The translations under genes and the position numbers were made by a program. Source: an uncultured Desulfarculus sp. (GTDB lineage Bacteria; Desulfobacterota; Desulfarculia; Desulfarculales; Desulfarculaceae). Taken from it: a DNA stretch of 64,000 nucleotides. Position 1 is the first letter of the stretch. Each line of letters opens with the position of its first letter. The notes beneath the pieces are model-generated. The model did not search any database. It saw only the letters and a list, made by a program, of their open reading frames with translations, and was not told where the DNA came from. The DNA lies in contig CAXXUK010000001.1 of NCBI GenBank assembly GCA_963665125.2, forward strand, positions 3,040,001 to 3,104,000. Direction: 5' to 3'. Of this stretch, positions 28,106 to 37,214 are shown piece after piece.

Positions 28106-28813
28106 ATGGATAGCCTGATGCTTAAAACGTTTTCCCTGCGCGAACAAGTTTATAATTATCTGCGGGAGCAAATGGCCAAAGGCGAGTTGCTGCCCGGCGC
28201 GGATATCAATATGAACAAGCTCAGCGCCATCCTGGGCGTCAGCAAGACTCCGCTACGTGATGCGCTGATCCAGATGGAATGCGAGGGACTGGTTGAGATC
28301 CTACCCCGCCGGGGCATCCGGGTGACCACCACGGACCTGGAAGACGTGCGGCACGCCTACGACGCCATCGGGGCCTTGGAAGGCTCCATCATAGCCAGCG
28401 TATTCGACCGCCTGGAAGACAAGCATATCCAGCGGCTGGAAGAACTGAACCAGCGGATGATCGACGAAGTCCGGGCCGACAATTTTGACCGCTATTTCCT
28501 GGACAACCTGGCCTTCCACCAGGTCTACCTGGACCTTTCGGGCAACGAGATGGTCAAACGCTTTGTCAAGCCCATCAAGGAACGGCTCTACGACTTTCCC
28601 CGCCGCATCTATCTGCCCGAGTGGGAGCGCCGCAACTGCGCCGAGCACCAGCGGTTCATCGACTGCGTCAAGGCCGGAGACAAAGACGGCGCGGTGACGA
28701 CCATGCGCGACGTGCACTGGTCGTATGAAGTGCAGGAGCCGTACATCAGGCGCTTTTACGCGGCCCGCAACGAAGAGATCGCCGCCTGCTTTGAAGAGGC
28801 CGCCCAGAGCTGA
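28106..28813 (+). CDS. GntR-family regulator with FCD domain
   Basis: SLREQVYNYLREQ, LGVSKTPLRDALIQM, NLAFH, EH and DVHW motifs; start uncertain (28076-28118). Confidence 0.9.
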   Translation: MDSLMLKTFSLREQVYNYLREQMAKGELLPGADINMNKLSAILGVSKTPLRDALIQMECEGLVEILPRRGIRVTTTDLEDVRHAYDAIGALEGSIIASVFDRLEDKHIQRLEELNQRMIDEVRADNFDRYFLDNLAFHQVYLDLSGNEMVKRFVKPIKERLYDFPRRIYLPEWERRNCAEHQRFIDCVKAGDKDGAVTTMRDVHWSYEVQEPYIRRFYAARNEEIAACFEEAAQS

Positions 28814-28818
28814 TCCGC

Positions 28819-29367
28819 CTACTTGACCAGGGGCAGCACCTGCTTGAACTGGTCGGTTCCCGCCTTTTTCAGCACCTCGTAGATGAACATCTCGGTGGAG
28901 GAGACCACCGCCCCGGCCGCGGCCAGGCGGTCCAGGGCCACATTAAGGTTGCCCTCGGTGCGCGAACCCACCGCGTCGGCAATCACATGCACTCCATAGC
29001 CCTGGGCCAGGGCGCTCAGGGTTGTCTGGGCCACGCAGATATGGGCCTCGATGCCGCAGACGACCAGGGTCTTGCGCCCGGCGGCCAAAACGGCCCGGCC
29101 GAATTCGCCTTGTCCAAAGCAGTCGAAGCTGATCTTTTCGATGGCCTCCATCCCCTCCGGCAGGGCCTGGGCCAGGGGCGGCACTATCTCGCCCAGCTTT
29201 TGCTGGCGGCAGACGATCACCGGCAATACGGCGATGGCCGCGAACTTGGCCAGGCGCACGCAGTTGGCCAGGATGTCATCCTTGCCGTTGATCACCGGCA
29301 GCAGTTTCTCCTGCACGTCCACTATGACCAGGGCGCAGTCCGAGTCGGTCAGCAGTCTTTGGGGCAT
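28819..29367 (-). CDS. Isochorismatase-family hydrolase
   Basis: LVIVDVQEKL, EKISFDC, GIEAHICVAQT and DAVGSR motifs. Confidence 0.9.
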   Translation of the reverse strand: MPQRLLTDSDCALVIVDVQEKLLPVINGKDDILANCVRLAKFAAIAVLPVIVCRQQKLGEIVPPLAQALPEGMEAIEKISFDCFGQGEFGRAVLAAGRKTLVVCGIEAHICVAQTTLSALAQGYGVHVIADAVGSRTEGNLNVALDRLAAAGAVVSSTEMFIYEVLKKAGTDQFKQVLPLVK

Positions 29368-29386
29368 GGGGGCTCCTTAAGCGAAA

Positions 29387-30724
29387 TCATTCATCAATGC
29401 CGCCGTTGTGCCGCCAAAAGGGGCGGCAGGCGTGGGACCTGCAGGCCGGGGGCAGGCGCAGGGGCAATTCTCCGGCCTCCAGATGCTCGCCAGCCGGAGT
29501 TTGGGCGTCGGCGGACGGCCAAGACTCGGATATTTTGCCATAGGCCTTGGACAGGGGCCAAGCGCTTAGTCCGTGGAGGATCACCGACAGGAACACGGTT
29601 ATCCCCACCACGATGAGCACGGTCTCTTGCCCGGGAATTTTGGAGCCTTCCAGAAGCAACATGGCGAACAGGATTGAGGCCAGGCCACGGGGCCCGAACC
29701 AGCCGATGTAATAAACCGTGGGCCTGCGCAGGCCCGAGCCGACGAGGGACAGGGCCACCGGCGCCATGCGCAGAACCGTCAGGCTCAAGACGGCGTAGAG
29801 CCAGTGCACCGGCGTGGCATGGCTTATGGCCGGCCAGGCCATCATGGCCCCGAAGGACATGAACGCGCCCAGGGCGAAAAGCTGGCCCTCGGCCTCGGCG
29901 AATTCATACAGGGCGTCGCAGACTTTGCGGGCCGTGTTGCCCAGGGTCAGACCGGCGACGAACGTGCTGATCAGGCCGCTGGCACCGGCCATGTCGGCCA
30001 GGCAATAGGCCAGGGCCGCCAGGCTCAGGGAAGACAAATCCTGAAACGTATTGTTGCTGTAGCCGCGTTTGTCGGCCCAGCTCAGCAGCCAGCCGCCGAT
30101 AAGGCCCACGGCGATGCCCACCACCGGCGCCACCAACAGCTGTCTGGCCGTAAACAGGGTCCAATAGGGCCAGCCCCGCTGGTCCGGAACCATGGCCGCC
30201 AAAGAGGCGAAGACCAGCACCAGGGGCAGGGCCATGCCGTCGTTGAGGCCCGATTCCACATTCAGGGCCTGGCGCACCCGCAAAGGGGTCTGCTCGTTGG
30301 TCACCACGGCCTGGCCCAGGGCCGCGTCCGTGGGGGCCAGGATGGCCGAAAGCAGGGCCGCCGCCCACAGGCTCAGACCCGGCAGGAGCCACAAGGCCGC
30401 TCCCCATCCGACAAGCACGCACAGTGGCAGGCCCACGCCCAGCAGGCGCAGGGGTATGTTGTAGTTTTTGCGCAGCTCGGCCAGGTTGATGCGCGAGGCG
30501 TCGGTGAACAGCACCAGGGCCAGGGTGGCCTCGGCCAGGGCCTTGATCACGGCGCTGTTGATCTGCACCTTGAGAATATCGGCGAACGACGGCCCCAAGA
30601 GCATGCCCAGGAACATGAAGACCATGGCCGGGGTCAGGGGCGTTTTTTCCAGGCGGCCGCTGAACAGGCCGAAACCCAGCACCAACAGGGCCAACAAAGG
30701 CAGGGTGTAGTGATCCACGGGCAT
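29387..30724 (-). CDS. CPA1 cation:proton antiporter, NhaP-like
   Basis: LFTDA, LAPTDAALG, ESGLNDG and GWFGPRGLAS motifs. Confidence 0.92.
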   Translation of the reverse strand: MPVDHYTLPLLALLVLGFGLFSGRLEKTPLTPAMVFMFLGMLLGPSFADILKVQINSAVIKALAEATLALVLFTDASRINLAELRKNYNIPLRLLGVGLPLCVLVGWGAALWLLPGLSLWAAALLSAILAPTDAALGQAVVTNEQTPLRVRQALNVESGLNDGMALPLVLVFASLAAMVPDQRGWPYWTLFTARQLLVAPVVGIAVGLIGGWLLSWADKRGYSNNTFQDLSSLSLAALAYCLADMAGASGLISTFVAGLTLGNTARKVCDALYEFAEAEGQLFALGAFMSFGAMMAWPAISHATPVHWLYAVLSLTVLRMAPVALSLVGSGLRRPTVYYIGWFGPRGLASILFAMLLLEGSKIPGQETVLIVVGITVFLSVILHGLSAWPLSKAYGKISESWPSADAQTPAGEHLEAGELPLRLPPACRSHACRPFWRHNGGIDE

Positions 30725-30784
30725 TCTCCACCAGCAGTGATGGAGCCAGTTTAGCAGATACGGTCCGGGAAATGGCGTTTGAGC

Positions 30785-31729
30785 TTAGCGGCTCAACCCG
30801 GCCCGAACATCTTCGAGCATTTCCACGGAGTCGCGGATCTGGCCCGCTTCGTACATGGGCCGCACCTCCAGGACCATGCGCGGGCAGCCCTCCAATAGCC
30901 TGAGGATCTCCGGCCAGTCCCGCTCGCCCATGCCCGGCGGCATGTGGTCGTCCGGGCCGATGCTGTCGTGCAGGTGCGCGCCCAGGAGCTTGTCCCGGAA
31001 CAGGTGCACCCATTCGTCCACCTGGGCCACCCCGGCCAGGGCCTGGGTGTAGGCGTGGCCCGTGTCATACCAGGCGCCCAGGCGCGCGCCCTCGAAGCGC
31101 TCAAACAAGAGCGCGGCCTCGGCGGCGTTGGGCAGCTCCGAGGCGTGGTTGCGGTTTTCAAGGGCCAGGCTAACGCCCAGCTTTTCGGCCCGGGACAACA
31201 GCCGCTCCAGGGAAAAGCTGGCCGCGTCCATGTGCCGGGCCGCGATCCCGGCGCGCAGGGCCAGGTGTTCGGCCATTTCGGCCGTGAGTTGGCCCTGGCG
31301 GGCCGTGGCCGGGGTGATTTTCTTGTCCAGCACGTCGGTTATCTGGCCCAAATGCAGCACCAGGGCCCCCACCTCAAGGTCCGAAGCCAGTTCCATGGAG
31401 ATGGCCGCGTGCTTCACGGCCAGGGCCCGTTCTTCCTTGTCCAGGTGAGCCAGGTTGAAGGCGTCGCCGCTGCCGGTGGCCATGCCCGGCGGCGTGGGGA
31501 TGTAATTGTGCAGCGAGACGATCCCGATGCCCCGTTGGGCCAGCTCCGGCACGACAATGTCCAGGACCTCCCGCCGCAGACGGTATTCCAGCTCCAGGTG
31601 CCGGATGCCGCTGTCGTCGATGCGCTCCAAAATGCCGGAGGCCACTTCGGCGGGTTGCAGCGCGGGGCCGTCCAGGGGGCGTTTGATCTGGGCCCAAACC
31701 GTGGACAAGGCCAATGGTGTTTGTTCCAT
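30785..31729 (-). CDS. Sugar phosphate isomerase/epimerase (AP endonuclease 2) TIM-barrel protein
   Basis: SLHN, LVLHLG, ALENR, WYDTGHA, HLHD and DHMPPG metal ligands. Confidence 0.82.
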   Translation of the reverse strand: MEQTPLALSTVWAQIKRPLDGPALQPAEVASGILERIDDSGIRHLELEYRLRREVLDIVVPELAQRGIGIVSLHNYIPTPPGMATGSGDAFNLAHLDKEERALAVKHAAISMELASDLEVGALVLHLGQITDVLDKKITPATARQGQLTAEMAEHLALRAGIAARHMDAASFSLERLLSRAEKLGVSLALENRNHASELPNAAEAALLFERFEGARLGAWYDTGHAYTQALAGVAQVDEWVHLFRDKLLGAHLHDSIGPDDHMPPGMGERDWPEILRLLEGCPRMVLEVRPMYEAGQIRDSVEMLEDVRAGLSR

Positions 31730-31748
31730 GGTGCTCCGTAAAAAAGCG

Positions 31749-31773
31749 GCTTCCGCCTTTGGGGGCGGAAGCC
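31749..31773 (-). terminator. Rho-independent terminator-like hairpin after nifS
   Basis: GCTTCCGCC...GGCGGAAGC stem followed on the minus strand by a T-tract (AAAAAA at 31740-31745 on +). Confidence 0.55.
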
Positions 31774-31798
31774 TATGGCAAATCATTTCAACTGGTTG

Positions 31799-33007
31799 CT
31801 ACGGCTTCACGTAGTTGCTGATGCATACCTGGCCGGTCTTTTTGAATTGGCTCCAGAACGGGCTGATGGCCCTGAGCTTTTCAATAATGCCCGGCATGTG
31901 CTCCAGCACGTAGTCGACCTGGTCTTCGGTGTTGTACACGCTCAGCGAAAACCGGATGCTGCCGTGGGCCGCCGTATAGGGCACGCCCATGGCCCGCAGC
32001 ACGTGGCTGGGCTCCAATGAACCGCTGGTGCAGGCCGAGCCGCTGGAGGCGCAGATGCCCAAGGACGACAGATGCAGCAGGATCGATTCGCCCTCGATGT
32101 ATTCGAAGCTAACGCTGCATGTGTTGGGCAGGCGGTAGATCTCGTCGCCGTTGAGCATGGTGGCCTCGATTTTAAGCAGGCCTTTTTCCAGCTTGTCGCG
32201 CATGGCCTTGACGCGGGTGTTTTCCTCTTCCATGCGCTGATGAGCCAGTTCGCAGGCCCGGCCCAGGCCGATGATGTAGGGCACGTTTTCCGTGCCCGCA
32301 CGGCGGCCGTGCTCCTGGTGCCCGCCCTGGATATAGGGCACGAACGGCGTTCCCTTGCGTACGTACAATACGCCGATGCCCTTGGGCGCGTGCAGCTTGT
32401 GGCCGCTCAGCGAAAGCATGTCGATGCGGTTGTTGGCCAGGTCGATGGGAATCTTGCCCACGGCCTGCACCGCGTCGGTATGAAACAGCACGCCCCGCTC
32501 ATGGCAGATGGCCGCCAGTTCCTCCACCGGGAAGACCACGCCGGTCTCGTTGTTGGCCCACATCACCGATGCGATGGCCGTGTCGTCGCGGATGGCCTCG
32601 CGCAACATGTCCGGGTCCAGGAGGCCCTTGCGGTCCACCGGCAGAAACGTCACGTCATAGCCCTTGGCGGCCAGGCCCTGGCAATAATTGAGCACGGCCG
32701 GATGCTCCACCCTGGTGGTGATGACGTGTTTCTTGCCGGACCGGCTCCCGAGGGCGCTGTTGATGGCCGCGTTGTCGGATTCCGTGCCGCAGGAGGTGAA
32801 GATGATCTCCTGGGGCGTTGCACCCAACAGGCCGGCAACCTGCTCCCTGGCCTGGCGCAGCCGCGCGCCGACCTGGCCGCCGAAATTGTGCATGGAGCTG
32901 GGGTTGCCGTATAACTCGCCGAAAAACGGCAGCATGGCCGCCACGACTTCCGGGGCCACCTGGGTGGTGGCGTTGTTGTCAAAGTAATAGACCGGTTCGT
33001 GGCTCAC
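31799..33007 (-). CDS. nifS: Cysteine desulfurase NifS
   Basis: DNNATT, GNPSSMH, SGHKLHAPKG and SSGSACTSGSLEPSHVL motifs; 1-nt overlap with nifU. Confidence 0.95.
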   Translation of the reverse strand: MSHEPVYYFDNNATTQVAPEVVAAMLPFFGELYGNPSSMHNFGGQVGARLRQAREQVAGLLGATPQEIIFTSCGTESDNAAINSALGSRSGKKHVITTRVEHPAVLNYCQGLAAKGYDVTFLPVDRKGLLDPDMLREAIRDDTAIASVMWANNETGVVFPVEELAAICHERGVLFHTDAVQAVGKIPIDLANNRIDMLSLSGHKLHAPKGIGVLYVRKGTPFVPYIQGGHQEHGRRAGTENVPYIIGLGRACELAHQRMEEENTRVKAMRDKLEKGLLKIEATMLNGDEIYRLPNTCSVSFEYIEGESILLHLSSLGICASSGSACTSGSLEPSHVLRAMGVPYTAAHGSIRFSLSVYNTEDQVDYVLEHMPGIIEKLRAISPFWSQFKKTGQVCISNYVKP

Positions 33008-33855
33008 TAGCGCACCTCCTCCACCACCAGCTCATCGGTGACAAACTCCCGCAGCTTGGCCTGCACGAACTGGCTCAGGGTGGCCTGGCTGGCCGCGCAG
33101 GTGCTGCATGTGCCCCGCAGGGAAACCAGCACCCGGTCGCCGTCGATGTCGATCAACTCGATATCGCCGCCGTCCTGCTTCAAGGCAGGGCGAACTTCGC
33201 GCTCCAGGGTCTGTTCGATGAGCTTCATTTTCTGGATATTGGTCAGCGGCTTTTTGGGCCCGGCCGCGGGCTGGATCGCCAGCGGCGCCGGTTCCATGGT
33301 CCACATGTCGTCCAGGATGGCCTGGATATCCTCCAGGCACTCGCCGCAGCCGCCGCCGGCCTTGGTGTAGTTGGTGATTTCCTCGGCGGTGCGCAGGTTG
33401 TTTTCCCTGGCCACGCGCTTGATCTCTTCGTCGGTGACGCCGAAGCACTGGCAGACCACATGGCCCTCGGCCTGGGGCAGCGCCTCGAGGCCCCGGTAGT
33501 TGCGGATGGCCGCATTGAGGGCCTGTTCGCCCATCACCGAGCAATGCATCTTTTCCTTGGGCAGGCCGCCCAGGTAGTCGGCGATCTGCTTATTGGTGAC
33601 CTTTTCGGCCTCCTCAACGGTCATGCCCTTGATCAGTTCGGTCAGGGCCGAACTGGAGGCGATGGCGCTGGCGCAGCCGAATGTCTGAAACTTGGCGTCG
33701 ACGATTCGCCCGTCTTCGCCGACCTTGATCATCAGCTTGAGGGCGTCGCCGCATGCCAGTGAACCAACCTCTCCCACGCCGTCTGGGTTTTCGATTTCGC
33801 CGACGTTTTTGGGATCAACAAAATGTTCCTTTACCTTGTCGGTGTATTCCCACAT
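33007..33855 (-). CDS. nifU: Fe-S scaffold NifU with three domains
   Basis: MWEYTDKVKEHF, ACGDAL, FGCASA, KMHCS, CQCF, GGCGEC, DGGD and CSTC motifs. Confidence 0.96.
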   Translation of the reverse strand: MWEYTDKVKEHFVDPKNVGEIENPDGVGEVGSLACGDALKLMIKVGEDGRIVDAKFQTFGCASAIASSSALTELIKGMTVEEAEKVTNKQIADYLGGLPKEKMHCSVMGEQALNAAIRNYRGLEALPQAEGHVVCQCFGVTDEEIKRVARENNLRTAEEITNYTKAGGGCGECLEDIQAILDDMWTMEPAPLAIQPAAGPKKPLTNIQKMKLIEQTLEREVRPALKQDGGDIELIDIDGDRVLVSLRGTCSTCAASQATLSQFVQAKLREFVTDELVVEEVR

Positions 33856-33919
33856 ATGGCTTCTCCCAGCCCCGGCGCGTCAGGGCCCGGCGGCGTGGTT
33901 GAGGGTTGATTTTTAAAGT

Positions 33920-34327
33920 CTAATGCCCTTCGGGGTACTCGCACAATTCGATGAGCACGCCCCTGGTGGCCTTGGGATGCAAAAACACCACCCTGGCTCC
34001 ATGGGCACCGGGGCGGGCCTCGTCGCTGGTCAGGGGTACGCCCTTGGCCTTGAGCTCGGCAACGGCCGCGTCGATGTCATCGACCTCGAAGGCCAGATGA
34101 TGCACGCCCTCGCCTTTTTTGCCGATGTATTTGCTCATCACGCCGTCTTCGGTGGTGCTCATGACCAGTTCCACGTTGGTTTCGCCCACGGGAATAAAGC
34201 CGGTGCGCAGCTCGCCCACCGGTTCGGTGGAGGCAAGTTCCATGTCCAGCAGGTCGGTGTATACCTTGGCCACTTCCTCAACGTCTTTGACGGCCACGCC
34301 TATATGCGCCAGTCTCTTGATTTTCAT
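33920..34327 (-). CDS. mce: Methylmalonyl-CoA epimerase (VOC family)
   Basis: HIGVAV, VEL, GEGVHHLAFEV, GAHG and FLHPKATRGVLIEL motifs. Confidence 0.85.
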   Translation of the reverse strand: MKIKRLAHIGVAVKDVEEVAKVYTDLLDMELASTEPVGELRTGFIPVGETNVELVMSTTEDGVMSKYIGKKGEGVHHLAFEVDDIDAAVAELKAKGVPLTSDEARPGAHGARVVFLHPKATRGVLIELCEYPEGH

Positions 34328-34516
34328 ACAAAACCCTCTCTGGTCGATTCCGTTCGGACCGGCTATGCCAGGCCCTTCCAATGGTGGTTACCCCAAGACA
34401 CCGCCTGCGGAATGGCGTCTAAATTGAAATGGTTCATTGTTTTTATATTAGGTCCTGGCCCCAGCGGCCGCAAGTTTTATCCCACGGCACCCCCTAGTGG
34501 CTCACGGGCATAAAAA

Positions 34517-34544
34517 CGGCCCGCCCCTGTTGAGGAGCGGGCCG
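34517..34544 (-). terminator. Terminator after sat
   Basis: CGGCCCGC...GCGGGCCG stem followed on the minus strand by a T-tract. Confidence 0.6.
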
Positions 34545-34572
34545 ATTGCGGCTTTTTTAAGAGCCTATGGCC

Positions 34573-35775
34573 TTACTTGTTGTCCAGGGACATATAGTAG
34601 TCCATGAGGATCTTGGCCACTTCGGGGCGGGAGAACTCGGGCGGCGGAGCCTCGCCGCGGCCCAGCATCTCGCGAACCTTGGTGCCCGACAGCAGGACGA
34701 AGTCTTCCTTGGTGTGACCCTCGGGAGCGTCCTTCATCATGATGACCTTGCCCAGCTTCTTGCTGTAGGCGGTGTGGTCGGCGCGGTAGATTTCGATCTC
34801 CAGGGCGCCGGCCGGCACTTCGTCGTCAAAGATGGTTTGGGCGTCGAAACCGCCATAGTAGTCGCCCACGCCGGCATGGTCGCGGCCCACGATCAGGTGG
34901 GTGCAGCCGGTGTTCTGGCGGAAAGCGGCGTGCAGCACGGCCTCGCGCGGGCCGGCATAGAGCATGTCAAAGCCGTAACCGGTGACGAGCACGGTGTTCG
35001 GCGGGAAGTACAGTTCGACCATCTTGCGGATGCAGGCGTCGCGAACGTCGGCGGGAATGTCGCCGGCCTTGAGCTTGCCAAGCAGCATGTGAATCAGAAC
35101 GCCGTCGGCGCCCAGCTGCTCGTAGGCCATGTGGCACAGCTCTTCGTGAGCGCGGTGCATGGGGTTACGGGTCTGGAAGGCCACGACCTTTTCCCAGCCC
35201 AGTTTTTCCATGTCTTCGCGGATTTCATAGGCGGTCTTGAAGGTGCCCGGGAAGTCCTTGGTGAAGTAGGAGTAGTTCAGAACCTTGATGGGGCCGGAAA
35301 CCACGAATTTGCCAACGCTGTTGAACGCGGCCACGCCGGGGTGTTCCATATCGTCGGTGCGGTAGACCTTCTCGGTGATGAACTTCATCTGGTCGTCGGT
35401 GAACTCTTCGATGGCCTCAACGTCCTGGATGGCGATCACGGGATTGCCGGCCACGTTGGGGTCTTTCAAGGCGATGCGCTTGGCACCCTTGATGGCGCTG
35501 ACGTCGGACAGCATGTTCATGACCGGGGTGGGCCAGAACTGGCCGTTGGCCATCTTCATCTCTTTGGCAACGCCCATGGCGTCGGCAACGGTCATATAGC
35601 CGGTCAGCGGAGTGAAGTAACCACCGCCCAGCATCACGGCGTTGCCAGCCGCTGCGGAGCTGACCACAACCGAAGGCAGGCCCGCGGCCTCTTTGATCAG
35701 GTCGGCGCGCTCAGCTTCATCCATTACGAACAGCGGCTTCAGGGCTCCGCCGCCCAGGGGCTTAATCAATGCCAT
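34573..35775 (-). CDS. sat: Sulfate adenylyltransferase, dissimilatory type
   Basis: FQTRNPMHRAHEEL, YAGPREA, VGRDHAGVGDYY, LSGTKVREML and EFSRPEV motifs; RBS GAGGAGG. Confidence 0.97.
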   Translation of the reverse strand: MALIKPLGGGALKPLFVMDEAERADLIKEAAGLPSVVVSSAAAGNAVMLGGGYFTPLTGYMTVADAMGVAKEMKMANGQFWPTPVMNMLSDVSAIKGAKRIALKDPNVAGNPVIAIQDVEAIEEFTDDQMKFITEKVYRTDDMEHPGVAAFNSVGKFVVSGPIKVLNYSYFTKDFPGTFKTAYEIREDMEKLGWEKVVAFQTRNPMHRAHEELCHMAYEQLGADGVLIHMLLGKLKAGDIPADVRDACIRKMVELYFPPNTVLVTGYGFDMLYAGPREAVLHAAFRQNTGCTHLIVGRDHAGVGDYYGGFDAQTIFDDEVPAGALEIEIYRADHTAYSKKLGKVIMMKDAPEGHTKEDFVLLSGTKVREMLGRGEAPPPEFSRPEVAKILMDYYMSLDNK

Positions 35776-35913
35776 GTCCAAATCCTCCTCGGGTTTGTTT
35801 TGTAGTGCGCCCTGCGTGGGCGCCCGCCGGTCACCGGCGGATTACTGTTGAACCAAAAATTTCAAAAGAAAGCTCCTCGCCGTCCGGCCTAGGCCGGCGT
35901 CCGCGGTGCTCTT

Positions 35914-35931
35914 TTGTGCAAAACGTAACAA
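35914..35931. promoter_or_regulatory. Putative Rex-binding site upstream of sat
   Basis: TTGTGCA-AAAC-GTAACAA versus consensus TTGTGAA-N4-TTCACAA (3 mismatches); Rex control of sat is known in Desulfovibrio. Confidence 0.4.
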
Positions 35932-36023
35932 CGGGTGGCCAAAAACAAGGGAGATCACTCTCCCGGCCGGGCGGCCTTCCCGGCGCATGGCGGCTCCTCA
36001 ACATGGAACCACCGTTGCACGTT

Positions 36024-36052
36024 ACAATAGAAGGAGGCCACAGCCTTGTCAA
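36024..36052 (-). promoter_or_regulatory. Sigma70 promoter for sat
   Basis: Minus strand TTGACA-17 nt-TATTGT. Confidence 0.6.
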
Positions 36053-36092
36053 GACAAAATAGCCTCCGCCCTATCTAATTGATGCGGCTTCG

Positions 36093-36461
36093 CTAATCAG
36101 GGATATAGGTAGCCCGCGAATCATCCGATTCCCAGGCCGAAACCCTGGCCACGGCCACATGCTCCGGCAGACGCCCGGCTACATATTCGGCCAGATATTT
36201 GGCGATCATCTCCGAAGACGGGTTGATTTCCGTAAACGGCGCGACCTCGTTGAGATGATGATGATCCAGGTAGTCCAGGGCCTCGTTCATCAGTTTTTTC
36301 AGTTCGCCGAAGTCCATCAACAGGTCGGCCTTGTCCAGTTTGTCGCCCCGGACAACGATCTCCACCCGCCAGTTGTGGCCGTGCAGGGCCTCGCAACGGC
36401 CGTTGAAATTACGCAGAAAATGAGCCGCGGCAAAACGGCCGGTCACCATTAATTCAAACAA
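36093..36461 (-). CDS. queD: 6-carboxytetrahydropterin synthase
   Basis: FAAAHFL, CEALHGHNW, DFGELK, LDHHHLN, NPSSE and WES motifs; TTG start. Confidence 0.93.
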   Translation of the reverse strand: MFELMVTGRFAAAHFLRNFNGRCEALHGHNWRVEIVVRGDKLDKADLLMDFGELKKLMNEALDYLDHHHLNEVAPFTEINPSSEMIAKYLAEYVAGRLPEHVAVARVSAWESDDSRATYIPD

Positions 36462-36475
36462 TTGCTGATTCCTTG

Positions 36476-36838
36476 CTAGTCCTCGTCGGAGGCGTTGGGG
36501 TCATAGGGTTTGCCGCATTCGGTGCATTTGCCGTCGGGCCCGATAATGCCGATGCAGTTGCCGTCGCTGCAGGCCACCCGCTTGCCGGGATCATAGGCAT
36601 AGTCGCCGCCATCGCCGGTGTCGGATTCAACGGACTCGCCGCATGAATGACAATATTTGGCCTCGGCAAGCAGATGCTGTCCGCAGGTGGAACAGGTCAG
36701 CAGCTTGCGGCCTTCGCTTTCGCCCGGAGGCAACAGGTGGCCGCAATTTTGGCAGAAGTTGGCGCCGGTCAGGGCCTTTTGTCCGCAGTTGGGGCAGTCA
36801 TCGGTGGGAAGTGGCTGTTGGCAATGGGGGCACTCCAT
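36476..36838 (-). CDS. Multi zinc-ribbon protein
   Basis: Six CxxC pairs plus CSDGNC; RBS GGGAG. Confidence 0.8.
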   Translation of the reverse strand: MECPHCQQPLPTDDCPNCGQKALTGANFCQNCGHLLPPGESEGRKLLTCSTCGQHLLAEAKYCHSCGESVESDTGDGGDYAYDPGKRVACSDGNCIGIIGPDGKCTECGKPYDPNASDED

Positions 36839-37214
36839 ATCGGCTCTCCCTTTTTTTTGATATTGGCCTCGTGGGCCGGTAAGCTGTCCATGATAGGCAA
36901 AATTCTGGGCCGACAATCCGTTTCTGTCAACACCCGCACGGCGCATCTTGACATGCCGAAGCCGCCCATGCTAGCAATGCAGATGCGTTGCAAAAGGGCC
37001 GATTTTGGTCCGGCCTGTGGATCAATACAGCGCCACATGCGGGCGATTTCGCATTATAACCGCGATTGCGCGCCAATGGCAAACAAGCTTGGACCACATG
37101 ACCGAACTCCCGCCCGGCGCCGAGCAACCACGCTTCTGGCCCAAACCGCACCAGCTGGCCGTTTTTCATCGGCCAGCCAGTATTTAGCCCAAGGGCTTGA
37201 ATGGAGAAATATTT

